This document shows, in pieces, positions 9,514 through 18,351 of a DNA stretch of 64,000 bases. The stretch is from Acidimicrobiia bacterium (GTDB taxonomy: Bacteria > Actinomycetota > Acidimicrobiia > Spongiisociales > UBA5794). The notes beneath the pieces are model-generated. The model searched no databases. It was not told the origin of the DNA and saw nothing but the letters and a program-made list of their open reading frames with translations. The stretch lies in assembly GCA_030431785.1 (NCBI GenBank), contig JAUIIM010000004.1:5415-69414 (forward strand). Reading direction: 5' to 3'. The translations under genes and the position numbers were made by a program. The stretch's first letter is position 1; every line of letters begins with the position of its first letter.

Positions 9514-11138
9514 CCGTCGCGATCGGATTCCTCGGCGGCCTCGGCGAGGTCGGACGCAATTGCGCGACGATTGAGATCGACGATGCGATTGCGATGATCG
9601 ACTGCGGTCTGATGTTCCCGGAAGAGGACATGCTCGGTGTCGACCTCGTGTTGCCGGATTTCACCGACATCGTGGAACGTCGCGAAGACTTCCGCTGCGT
9701 GATCCTCACGCACGGACACGAAGACCACATCGGAGCCCTTGCCTTCCTCCTGCGTGAGGTGAACGTGCCCATCTATGGCACGCCGCTCACGGTCGAGTTC
9801 GCCCGCGCGCGTATCGAAGAGCACGGCATCACCCCTGATCTGCGTGCCGTCGAGTACTACGACTGGGTCGACGACGGTCCCTTCCGCTTCACCTTCGTCC
9901 CTGTGTCCCACTCGATCCCTGACGCTGCAGGGGTTGCGTTCGACACGCCTGAGGGGGTCGTCCTCCACACCGGAGACTTCAAGCTCGACCCGACGCCACT
10001 CGACGGTGTTCCGACCGACTTGCGGTCCTTCGGCGCCATCGGAAAGCGAGGAGTACGTCTTCTCCTCGCCGACTCCACGAACGCCGAGCGTCCGGGATAT
10101 GTCCCATCGGAGGTCACCGTGGGGGAGCGCCTGGGTGAGATCGTCTCGCATGCCGACGGCCGGGTCATCGTTGCGTGCTTTGCGTCGCACGTCCACCGTG
10201 TCCAACAAGCGATCGACGCTGTCGTCGCCGATGGTCGTCGGTTCGCATTCATCGGCAGGTCGATGCTGCGCAACTCCGACATCGCCGCCGATCTCGGCAC
10301 GCTCAACATCCCAGAAGGCACACTCGTAGAACTCAACGAACTCGTGGACCTGCCCGACGATCAAACCGCGATCATCTCAACCGGGAGCCAGGGAGAGCCA
10401 TTCGCCGCCCTGTCGCTCATGGCTGCGGGGCAGCATCGGTCCATCGATTTGAACGAGGCGGACACCGTGATCATCTCCGCCACACCGATCCCCGGGAACG
10501 AGACCAGGGTGTCGAAGGTCATCAACAACCTGTACCGCGCCGGGGTCACGGTCTATCACGGACGGAACACGCATGTGCACGTGTCGGGTCACGCGGCAGC
10601 CGAGGAACTGAAGACGTTCTACAACACCGTGCGACCCGAGGCGCTTGTGCCGGTCCACGGCGAGTATCGCCATCTCATCGCCAACGCCGGACTGGGTCGC
10701 GAGATGCGGATCCCGCAGGTCGAGGTGTGCGAGGACGGGGATCGTGTCGTGCTCTCCGAGGGAGACCTGCGTGTCGAACGCGGTGCCCTTCCCTCCGGCT
10801 ACGTGTACGTCGACGGTACGGAGATCGGCGAAGCCGACTCTGTCATCCGTGATCGAAAGCACCTTGCCGATGACGGCGTGTTGATCGTCACCGTCGGGAT
10901 CAACCCCAAGACAGGGGAGATCCTTGTCGGGCCTGATGTCGACTCGCACGGTGTCACAACCGAAGAGACCGATCTTCACGATCGCATCGTCGAGCGTGTC
11001 ACCCAATCCGTCGCCGACATGGACTATCCCGTCGACATGGACAACATCCGCCGTCGCATCCGCAACACGTCGCAACGCGCGGTGAAGAAGCACTTCGGCC
11101 GCCGCCCAGTGGTGCTCCCCGTCGTCTTCGAGGTCTAG
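9510..11138 (+). CDS. rnj: ribonuclease J
   Basis: Metallo-beta-lactamase motif HGHEDHIG plus the beta-CASP/RNase J C-terminus. ATGA overlap with the dapA stop codon. Confidence 0.9.
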   Translation: MTVAIGFLGGLGEVGRNCATIEIDDAIAMIDCGLMFPEEDMLGVDLVLPDFTDIVERREDFRCVILTHGHEDHIGALAFLLREVNVPIYGTPLTVEFARARIEEHGITPDLRAVEYYDWVDDGPFRFTFVPVSHSIPDAAGVAFDTPEGVVLHTGDFKLDPTPLDGVPTDLRSFGAIGKRGVRLLLADSTNAERPGYVPSEVTVGERLGEIVSHADGRVIVACFASHVHRVQQAIDAVVADGRRFAFIGRSMLRNSDIAADLGTLNIPEGTLVELNELVDLPDDQTAIISTGSQGEPFAALSLMAAGQHRSIDLNEADTVIISATPIPGNETRVSKVINNLYRAGVTVYHGRNTHVHVSGHAAAEELKTFYNTVRPEALVPVHGEYRHLIANAGLGREMRIPQVEVCEDGDRVVLSEGDLRVERGALPSGYVYVDGTEIGEADSVIRDRKHLADDGVLIVTVGINPKTGEILVGPDVDSHGVTTEETDLHDRIVERVTQSVADMDYPVDMDNIRRRIRNTSQRAVKKHFGRRPVVLPVVFEV

Positions 11139-11159
11139 CGGGCGCCTTGCGGCCGCCCG

Positions 11160-11208
11160 AGATCTCCGATCTCAGATCCCAGATGTCAGATCTCAGATTT
11201 CAGGATTC
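11160..11208 (+). repeat. seven tandem heptamers AGATNTC
   Basis: AGATCTC CGATCTC AGATCCC AGATGTC AGATCTC AGATTTC AGGATTC, read directly from the sequence. Confidence 0.85.
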
Positions 11209-11232
11209 GCGGCGCCCCGGCCGAACGCCGAC

Positions 11233-11787
11233 CTATCTGTCCAGCATGTCGAGTGGCCCGAGTGCGTCGCGGGCTGCCTCGAGAGCGGCGCCGGTTGCCG
11301 CAAACAGTGGGACAGAGTCGAGTAGCTCCACTGTCACGCTGCTGAACGCACCGTTTCCGGTCAGTACCTCGTACCTGTACGCCATGTTGGTGCCGTCGTA
11401 AATCGATCGATCCTCTCCATCAGGGAGGGTCGCCCGCAATTCTGCAAGGTCCGTAGCTTGGAGTTCGTCGATCACGCGCTGTACCAATCGGACATCAAGC
11501 GTGGCCCGGCCCTCCAACGTTCGCTCGTCAACGTCGACGCGGAAATGTTCAACCGTTCCGTCCGTGTAGAAGACGTACTCCGGGCAGTTCGGTCCGACCA
11601 TCAGGCATCCTCCCGATAGTTCGACCGAGAAGACAACCGCGGGCTCAGGAGGTACTGATGATGTTGTCAATGATGACTCCGTTGCCGATGGGGGAGTGGT
11701 CGTTGTGGTGTCGGCGGAGAGTTCGCTGGTCGAGCCACACCCAACCATCAACAACCCACCCACGAGCAAAGTAAAAATCCGCTTCAT
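11233..11787 (-). CDS. hypothetical lipoprotein
   Basis: Signal peptide and lipobox (LLMVGCGS) followed by a Thr/Ser-rich linker. GC looks lower than the surroundings. Confidence 0.55.
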   Translation of the reverse strand: MKRIFTLLVGGLLMVGCGSTSELSADTTTTTPPSATESSLTTSSVPPEPAVVFSVELSGGCLMVGPNCPEYVFYTDGTVEHFRVDVDERTLEGRATLDVRLVQRVIDELQATDLAELRATLPDGEDRSIYDGTNMAYRYEVLTGNGAFSSVTVELLDSVPLFAATGAALEAARDALGPLDMLDR

Positions 11788-11828
11788 AGCTGTTTGAGGG
11801 TATCGACCCCAAGAGGTTCTGCTGTGTA

Positions 11829-11849
11829 CTGATATCTGATATCTGGGTA
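11829..11849 (-). repeat. heptamer array AGATATC x2 (plus a degenerate copy), inverted relative to 11160..11208
   Basis: The reverse complement reads AGATATC AGATATC AGTACAC. Confidence 0.7.
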
Positions 11850-11960
11850 CTCCAGCCGCCGACGGCGGCTGGCTGAATTACAAGGATGTAACTCTCCGCG
11901 CGTGCGTTCGCGCGGATGGTTGTTGGTTGAATTACACGCGTGGGGTATGGTTCGTATCCC

Positions 11961-14216
11961 ATGGCGACACGCACTACGTCGGGTCGGGCCAAGGGGCGGA
12001 GTACCGCAACCAAGAAGAAGACCAAGAAACAGTCACCGATCAAGAGAGCAACATCCGCGCTGGGTGGGCTCCCGAAGAGGTTCGGTGAATCGCTGGGTGA
12101 CCATCGCTCCGATGTCTGGGGCATCGGCTGCATCGTGGCCGCCGTACTCATCTTCCTCTCGTTCTTCGAGCTGTCCGGACCGATCGGTGGTTCCGCAGCC
12201 GCAGCGACCCGGTACCTGTTCGGTGTGTGGGCGTTCGTCGTCCCCCTCGCACTGCTCGCCGTCGGGCTCTCGCTCATCGGCGTCATCAACCGTGAGCACC
12301 ACACCAAGGCCATCATCGGTGTGACCGTCCTGTTCATCGGCTCGGTAGCGTTGTTCCATCTCTTCACCGGCAACGTGCCGCTCGCCGGTGGAACCGAATC
12401 CGTATCCGAGCACGGCGGCGCCGTCGGCTCGCTGATCACGTTCCCGCTCGAGCGTCTCGTGGGCTATTGGGGAGCGTTGGTCGTACTCGTAGGTGTCATC
12501 GGGGTAGGGGCCCTGCTCATCACGGGCGCATCGCTGGGCGATGTGCTCCGTCAACTGGGGGCGTACGGCAAGAGTCTCATGTCGTTCGCCGTCGGGAGCG
12601 GGGTCAAGGAGCAGACGGAGACGAGCCAGGACGTCACCGTCGACCTGATGGATGCGAGTGCGATCGCGGTCGAATTGCCACCGCAACCCGAACCGAAGCG
12701 CTCGAAGAAGAAGCCGGTGGAGCCAGAACCGGAACCCGCACCTCCGAAGCCGCGCGTGGTGGCGCCGCTGAAGACGGAGGGCTACACCCTTCCACCGGTC
12801 GACATCCTCAACCTGTCCGACAACGCCGGTCCCGATGGCCGCGGCCTCAAGGAAACCGGCGAAGCACTCGAGGAATCGTTGCGTCAGCACGGTGTCGACG
12901 CAACGCTGACCCGCATCGTCCCGGGCCCGACCGTGACCCGCTACGAGATCGAGCTCGCTCCGGGTGTCAAGGTCAACAAGGTCACGAACCTCAGCAACGA
13001 CATCGCCTACGCCCTCGCCGCGGCCGATGTCCGCATCCTCGCTCCGATCCCGGGCAAGAGTGCGATCGGTATCGAGGTTCCGAACCACCGTCGTCAGCTC
13101 GTCACGCTCGGTGACGTCCTCACGTCTGAAGAAGCTGTCACGGATCATGACCCGATGCTCGTCGGCCTCGGGATGGACGTCTCGGGCAAGGCCCGCCTCC
13201 TCCGGCTGACGGAGTTGCCCCACGTCCTGATCGCCGGTGCCACTGGCGCAGGGAAGTCCTCGTGCATCAATTCGCTGCTCACCTCGATCCTGATGCGTTC
13301 GACGCCGGAAGAGGTCCGTCTGATCCTGGTGGATCCGAAGCGCGTCGAGCTCGGGCAGTACAACGACGTTCCGCACCTCTTGACGCGTGTGATCACGAAC
13401 CCGAAGAAGGCGGCAGATGCACTGCAATGGGCGGTTGCAGAGATGGACCGTCGCTACGACCTTCTCGCCGACGCAGGTGTGCGCGACATCGAGTCCTACC
13501 GTGAGCAGTACGACGCTGGCGGCCTCGACGAAGAGATGTTCGACCGGTTCCCGTTCATCGTTGTGGTCGTGGACGAGTTGAACGATCTGATGATGGTGGC
13601 CGGCAAGGTGGTCGAGGACTCGATCGTCCGGATCGCACAGATGGCTCGTGCCGTCGGCATCCACCTCGTGCTCGCTACGCAGCGCCCCTCGGTCAACGTC
13701 ATCACCGGCGTCATCAAGGCAAACGTCCCTTCCCGTCTCGCGTTCTCCGTCGCCAGCCAAACGGACTCGCGGGTCATCATCGATCAGGCGGGTGCCGACA
13801 AGCTCGTCGGTCTCGGCGACATGCTGGTCGTCACCGCACGTGAACCGAAGCCGGAACGAATCCAGGGGTCGTTCGTCGCCGAGTCGGAGATCCACGCGGT
13901 CGTCGACTGGGTACGCGAGCAGCGCGAAGCCCGGTACCGCGACAAGGAAGTGTTCGAGCAGGCCCAGCAAGCGGCCGCGGAGCTCGAAGACTTCGACGGT
14001 GAGGACCCCGAGGTGATGAAGCAGGCGATCGAGCTCGTGGTCCGTTCCCAGCTGGGGTCGACCTCGATGCTCCAGCGGAAGCTTCGTATCGGATTCGCCC
14101 GTGCAGGGCGTGTGATGGACATCCTCGAGTCCAAGGGCGTCGTGGGTCCGTCGGTAGGTTCGAAAGCACGGGATGTGCTGATCACCGAGGACGAGCTGGA
14201 GTCAGTATTGGGTTAG
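11961..14216 (+). CDS. ftsK: DNA translocase FtsK
   Basis: N-terminal transmembrane helices, a Pro/Glu linker, the Walker A motif GATGAGKS and a gamma domain. The start is ATG 11961 or GTG/ATG 11940. Confidence 0.9.
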   Translation: MATRTTSGRAKGRSTATKKKTKKQSPIKRATSALGGLPKRFGESLGDHRSDVWGIGCIVAAVLIFLSFFELSGPIGGSAAAATRYLFGVWAFVVPLALLAVGLSLIGVINREHHTKAIIGVTVLFIGSVALFHLFTGNVPLAGGTESVSEHGGAVGSLITFPLERLVGYWGALVVLVGVIGVGALLITGASLGDVLRQLGAYGKSLMSFAVGSGVKEQTETSQDVTVDLMDASAIAVELPPQPEPKRSKKKPVEPEPEPAPPKPRVVAPLKTEGYTLPPVDILNLSDNAGPDGRGLKETGEALEESLRQHGVDATLTRIVPGPTVTRYEIELAPGVKVNKVTNLSNDIAYALAAADVRILAPIPGKSAIGIEVPNHRRQLVTLGDVLTSEEAVTDHDPMLVGLGMDVSGKARLLRLTELPHVLIAGATGAGKSSCINSLLTSILMRSTPEEVRLILVDPKRVELGQYNDVPHLLTRVITNPKKAADALQWAVAEMDRRYDLLADAGVRDIESYREQYDAGGLDEEMFDRFPFIVVVVDELNDLMMVAGKVVEDSIVRIAQMARAVGIHLVLATQRPSVNVITGVIKANVPSRLAFSVASQTDSRVIIDQAGADKLVGLGDMLVVTAREPKPERIQGSFVAESEIHAVVDWVREQREARYRDKEVFEQAQQAAAELEDFDGEDPEVMKQAIELVVRSQLGSTSMLQRKLRIGFARAGRVMDILESKGVVGPSVGSKARDVLITEDELESVLG

Positions 14217-14301
14217 GGACCGCCAATCCCGACCATCAGAGGAGCGTCGAGCAATCGGCGCTCTTCGTCATTCCGGCGCTGCTTTCAAGCTCTCCGGTCC
14301 T

Positions 14302-15621
14302 GTGACCGATATAGAAGGGATGTCCGGACAGGGCCGAACGACGTGGGCGGCAATCGCCGCCGTGGCGGGAGCGTGTGCTATCGCACTCGTTGGTTTCGTC
14401 ATGGCAAATGCCAACACCGCAGAGCGGGTATCTGCCAATGCCGCTGCGCTCCATGCGGCGAATGCAAAACTCGGATCCGCAGCGCTCGTCCGCGCCGCCG
14501 CAGGTCAGGTAGCACTCTTCGAGTCGCTCGTCGACGAGGGGGTCGCTTCGACCGAGTCGCTCGATGTCGCTCGTGGCGAACTCGTGTCCGTCGCCCAAGC
14601 GTTCGCCGATGTCGAGACGACAGCACCAATCGTCGAAGAGGAGACTGCATTCCTCGCAGCGGTCCGCACCGAACCGATCGACATGTCGACGGTCGAGACG
14701 GCTTACGCACCGCTGCGCTGGACGTTGACGCAGCAGGTCACCGTTACGGAATCCCAGATCGTCGCAAACGAGCAGACCTCCGACCGCATCGCGCTCGTGC
14801 TCCGTATCGCCGTGATGCTGCTGATCCCGCTTGCGGTCATCCTTGTCTACCGCCGACGCGCCGCAAGTCAGGTGCGGCAGGCGCGGTCTGAGATGGAAGT
14901 CGCGCTTGAGGCTGAGCGCACGATCAACCGCGCCAAGTCCGACTTCGTCGCAGGCCTGTCGCACGAGATGCGCACACCGCTGACCGGCATCTACGGATTC
15001 AGCGAGATCCTCCTCGAGACCGTGGACGATGAGGTGGTCCACGAAATGGTCGCCGAGATCCACGGACAGTCGGCCGAGCTGACCCGTATGGTCGATGACT
15101 TCATCACGATGTCGCGGCTCGACAGCGAGAGCCTCCAGCTGCTGTCCGGGCCCGTCGACGTTGCTGCCCTCGCACGACGGGCGACCGACCGCTTCGGGGA
15201 GCCGATCGTCGTGACCGCGCAGACCGATCTTCCGATGGCGCTCGGAGACGGACCGAAGATCGAACAGATCCTTCGCAACTTCGTCGCAAATGCGCTGCAG
15301 CACGGTTCAACGCCGGTCGAGATTTCGGTCGCGAATGATGGCGCCTCGGTGACATGCGACGTGATCGACCACGGTCCCGGGGTAGCCGAGGGGATCGAGA
15401 ACAAGCTCTTCACCCGCTTCGTCCACGAGGCTGACGAGGTCCTGACGAAGGGAAGTCATGGACTGGGTACGTGGGTTGCGGCTTCGCTGGCAGAACGGAT
15501 GGGCGGTTCGGTCGGCTATCGCCGTGAGTTCGACCGGACGATCTTCTCCCTTCGCCTCCCGATCGCCGGCGACGGCTCACCTGCCAACACCGGGGAGCCG
15601 AGCGAGGTTGTGTTCGTATGA
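14302..15621 (+). CDS. sensor histidine kinase (HisKA/HATPase_c); no response regulator adjacent
   Basis: H-box SHEMRTPL, N-box NALQHG, G-boxes DHGPG and GLG, and two transmembrane segments. Confidence 0.8.
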   Translation: MTDIEGMSGQGRTTWAAIAAVAGACAIALVGFVMANANTAERVSANAAALHAANAKLGSAALVRAAAGQVALFESLVDEGVASTESLDVARGELVSVAQAFADVETTAPIVEEETAFLAAVRTEPIDMSTVETAYAPLRWTLTQQVTVTESQIVANEQTSDRIALVLRIAVMLLIPLAVILVYRRRAASQVRQARSEMEVALEAERTINRAKSDFVAGLSHEMRTPLTGIYGFSEILLETVDDEVVHEMVAEIHGQSAELTRMVDDFITMSRLDSESLQLLSGPVDVAALARRATDRFGEPIVVTAQTDLPMALGDGPKIEQILRNFVANALQHGSTPVEISVANDGASVTCDVIDHGPGVAEGIENKLFTRFVHEADEVLTKGSHGLGTWVAASLAERMGGSVGYRREFDRTIFSLRLPIAGDGSPANTGEPSEVVFV

Positions 15622-16565
15622 GGCGCCGACTCATTCCGCTCGCAATGGCGGCAGCGATCGTAGGTATCTGGGCTGCCGCGGGGCTCGCCGACGACACGCA
15701 ACAGGTGGGCGACGACTTCGGATCCGGTGGCTACAGCGGAACGTCGGTGTCGGTGAGTGGAAAGTGGGTCTCAGCGTGGTCCGAGATCGGTGAGAGTGAT
15801 GGCCCGGGTGCGGGAGATGTGGGAATCGGCACCATGGGTGGATGCAACGGCTCGTGCTTGGTGATCGACGGTGGACTGAGCGTCGACTTCAAGGGTGCTG
15901 CACGGGCCGCTCGTTTCCCGGAGCCGGGAACGCTATCGGTTTCGTACACGGTGGCACGCCAGGGTCTCCTCCTTGCTCCCCTCCTCGTCCAGGTCGCTCG
16001 TGACGAAGGGTCGTGGGAGACGTTGCGCACCGAGGTGTCTTCAGGTCGCCGGACCGTCGAAGTTGGCCGTGTGACCGCCGGCGCCGTGGTGCGATTCGTG
16101 ACCCAGGGTCTCGGCCTGGGCGCACAGCTCGGTGTCGACGACGTGCTGCTGTCGGTGGTGGTCGATCCTGAGCCGACCACGACGACGACCCTCGTCGATG
16201 TAACGGTGACCTCCAGCACTTCGACATCGACCACACGACCGACGACGACCACGCGACCGCCTACGACGACCTCGACGACACGACCTTCCACAACGACCAC
16301 GACTGCTGCGGTCGTCGTGCCCACCGACGCCCAGCCCCCGACACCGGACGAACTCGTTGTCCTGGTCCCGCGGGCCGACGGTGTGATGCTCGACCTGGAT
16401 CCGGGCCTCGGTGCGGGGGAGTTCGTCGAGCCCGCCGTGATCGACGAACTCGGCGTCGATTTCGGAGTACGTGCCGAGGACGTGAGCCTCGACCTGACGT
16501 TCTTCGTCCTGCTCGGCCTCGTGATGGCAGCGATCTCGGCTACTCGCCTGGAGCGAAACCGCTGA
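15618..16565 (+). CDS. secreted protein with Thr/Pro-rich linker and C-terminal transmembrane anchor
   Basis: ATGA overlap with the kinase stop codon. Signal peptide, a run TTRPTTTTRPPTTTSTTRPSTTTTT, and a C-terminal hydrophobic helix. Confidence 0.55.
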   Translation: MRRRLIPLAMAAAIVGIWAAAGLADDTQQVGDDFGSGGYSGTSVSVSGKWVSAWSEIGESDGPGAGDVGIGTMGGCNGSCLVIDGGLSVDFKGAARAARFPEPGTLSVSYTVARQGLLLAPLLVQVARDEGSWETLRTEVSSGRRTVEVGRVTAGAVVRFVTQGLGLGAQLGVDDVLLSVVVDPEPTTTTTLVDVTVTSSTSTSTTRPTTTTRPPTTTSTTRPSTTTTTAAVVVPTDAQPPTPDELVVLVPRADGVMLDLDPGLGAGEFVEPAVIDELGVDFGVRAEDVSLDLTFFVLLGLVMAAISATRLERNR

Positions 16566-17490
16566 GCCAATCGCTGATCTGCTTCGTGACGCGCTCGTCG
16601 ATCGGCTGATCGAGCTTCTTCTTGTACTTGTTCGGATTCGAGTGGGGCTCAGCTTCGTAGCGAAGGATGTGATCGACGTCCGGTGTCCGGATCGCCGTGC
16701 ATGGGCCGTTGACGATGCTGCACACCTCGTCAAGATCCGACGGGTCTACTTGGATGTCCTTGTCTCCCGTGATCGCAAGCAATGGCGCGTCGAGCGACCG
16801 AAGCGCCGTGTGCGGGTCGTAGTCGATGAACTCACGCATCCACTTTGCGTTGATCTTCTGGCCCTGGATACGTTCCACGTCCTCGGTCGTCGCCTTGAGA
16901 CGCTCGATTGCCTTGGCTTGCTGCTTCGTGACGCTCGTTCGGAGCAATTTCATCACCGTCTTGGCGAAGCCGGGGACGGCGTGCGCTTCGATCTCGGCGG
17001 CCTGCCACTTCAGTGTCTCGGCGCCAGTCTTCGTCGTCAACGCCAGGGCGATCACACCGGCGACGTCGGATCGAGCGCTCGCAAGCTCTACGCCGTGGAC
17101 AGCTCCGGCACTGTGACCCACGACGACGACGGCTTTTGCTCCCGCCGTTTCGAACAGATAGTCGAGCGCAGCGTTTGCGTCGTCTCGCTCGTCGAAGAAG
17201 CCGGTAGGGAGATACTCACCCTCGGATTCGCCAACGCCACGCTTGTCGTAGCGGAGTGAGGCCCAACCGAGTCCGGTGAGGAGTGTGGCGAGGTCCCGGC
17301 TGACGTTCAGCGTCATCTGCTTGAAGTTGCCATTCCGATCGAGCGGACCGGATCCCGGAAGGAGGAGGACGGCGCGGGTCGGGTCCCCTCCGTTCGGCGT
17401 GACGAGGGTGCCAGCGAGCGTGGTTCCTCCGGCGTCGAAGGTGATCGGTTTGCTGGTCATGGGTTTCCTTCCTCGTCGTGTCCGAGCCAC
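16540..17490 (-). CDS. alpha/beta hydrolase
   Basis: Nucleophile elbow GHSAG and an LLLPGSGP oxyanion region. Confidence 0.75.
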   Translation of the reverse strand: MARTRRGRKPMTSKPITFDAGGTTLAGTLVTPNGGDPTRAVLLLPGSGPLDRNGNFKQMTLNVSRDLATLLTGLGWASLRYDKRGVGESEGEYLPTGFFDERDDANAALDYLFETAGAKAVVVVGHSAGAVHGVELASARSDVAGVIALALTTKTGAETLKWQAAEIEAHAVPGFAKTVMKLLRTSVTKQQAKAIERLKATTEDVERIQGQKINAKWMREFIDYDPHTALRSLDAPLLAITGDKDIQVDPSDLDEVCSIVNGPCTAIRTPDVDHILRYEAEPHSNPNKYKKKLDQPIDERVTKQISDWLSGFAPGE

Positions 17491-17535
17491 CAGCTACGGG
17501 CCGCGGCTCCGAACGGTTCTATCGCGCTGGACCGC

Positions 17536-18351
17536 TCATCCTCGGGACACCATCGCCAGTTGTCGTGACTGAGCGACGAGTCGGTCCTCCTCATCCCAGA
17601 ACAGTCCGTCTTCCTCGATGAATCCACCAGAGACGAACCGGCTCGTGATGTCGCATCGGATCCAGCCTTTCGGTTCCGGCTCCCGGATGTGGACCGTGAG
17701 TTCGATCGTCGGTGTCCACCCAACCGGGAGACCGGCGACGAATGCGGTCGGTGGGTACGCATCCGAGCCCACCATGAGGGCATGGGCATCGAGCGGCTCG
17801 CCGTCGAGAAGACGGAACCATCCGGTGACGACCGGTGACGACGTCTTGCCTTCGAGGAAGAGTTGAGCGATCTCGGGGCCGGCCCGCAGATCGATCCGTC
17901 CGACGGACGGAGGCGGAAACGGTGCGTCGTCCGCCGGAAGCATCCGTGGACAGTCGTCCGGTGCAGGAAGGTCGGGTGGTGCCGCATCCGTCAGCGTGGT
18001 CTCGACCTCTTCCTGGCGGGTCTGGAACGTACCGAGCGTCTCCAACACGACTCTTTCATCCTGGTACATGCGCGACCGGACAACCGCAAGGCGCCGCCCC
18101 GACCGGACGACTTCGGTCTCGAGCCGCACCGGCCCGGTGTGTGCGGGCCGCGTGTAGTGGCCGGTGATCGTCACAGGATCGCGTCCATCGACAGCTTCCG
18201 ACGAGGCGCGCGATGCAATCGCCAGCAGGTAGCCGCCGTTCGTGTTTCCGAGGATGTCCCAGTCCGGGGCGAGTTCTGCCGACCAGATGCCCTCTCCGGT
18301 ACGCGTCACCCCAGTTGCTGCGCGATACGCGCCGTCGCTGCCCTCACTCAT
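17536..18351 (-). CDS. acyl-CoA thioesterase (double hotdog, TesB-like)
   Basis: 271 aa. Has the NTNGGYLLA motif region. An 8-nt overlap (ATGAGTGA) with the upstream acyl-CoA ligase. Confidence 0.65.
   Translation of the reverse strand: MSEGSDGAYRAATGVTRTGEGIWSAELAPDWDILGNTNGGYLLAIASRASSEAVDGRDPVTITGHYTRPAHTGPVRLETEVVRSGRRLAVVRSRMYQDERVVLETLGTFQTRQEEVETTLTDAAPPDLPAPDDCPRMLPADDAPFPPPSVGRIDLRAGPEIAQLFLEGKTSSPVVTGWFRLLDGEPLDAHALMVGSDAYPPTAFVAGLPVGWTPTIELTVHIREPEPKGWIRCDITSRFVSGGFIEEDGLFWDEEDRLVAQSRQLAMVSRG

Noticed and set aside
11160-11208. GATC cluster as Dam-methylation or origin-like sites
   Set aside because: The GATC sites are a by-product of the AGATNTC heptamer unit. There are no DnaA boxes and no replication genes nearby.
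12033-13970. 645-aa minus-strand ORF antisense to ftsK
   Set aside because: The FtsK motifs on the plus strand are unambiguous. The antisense translation is low-complexity and rich in Arg, Asp and His.
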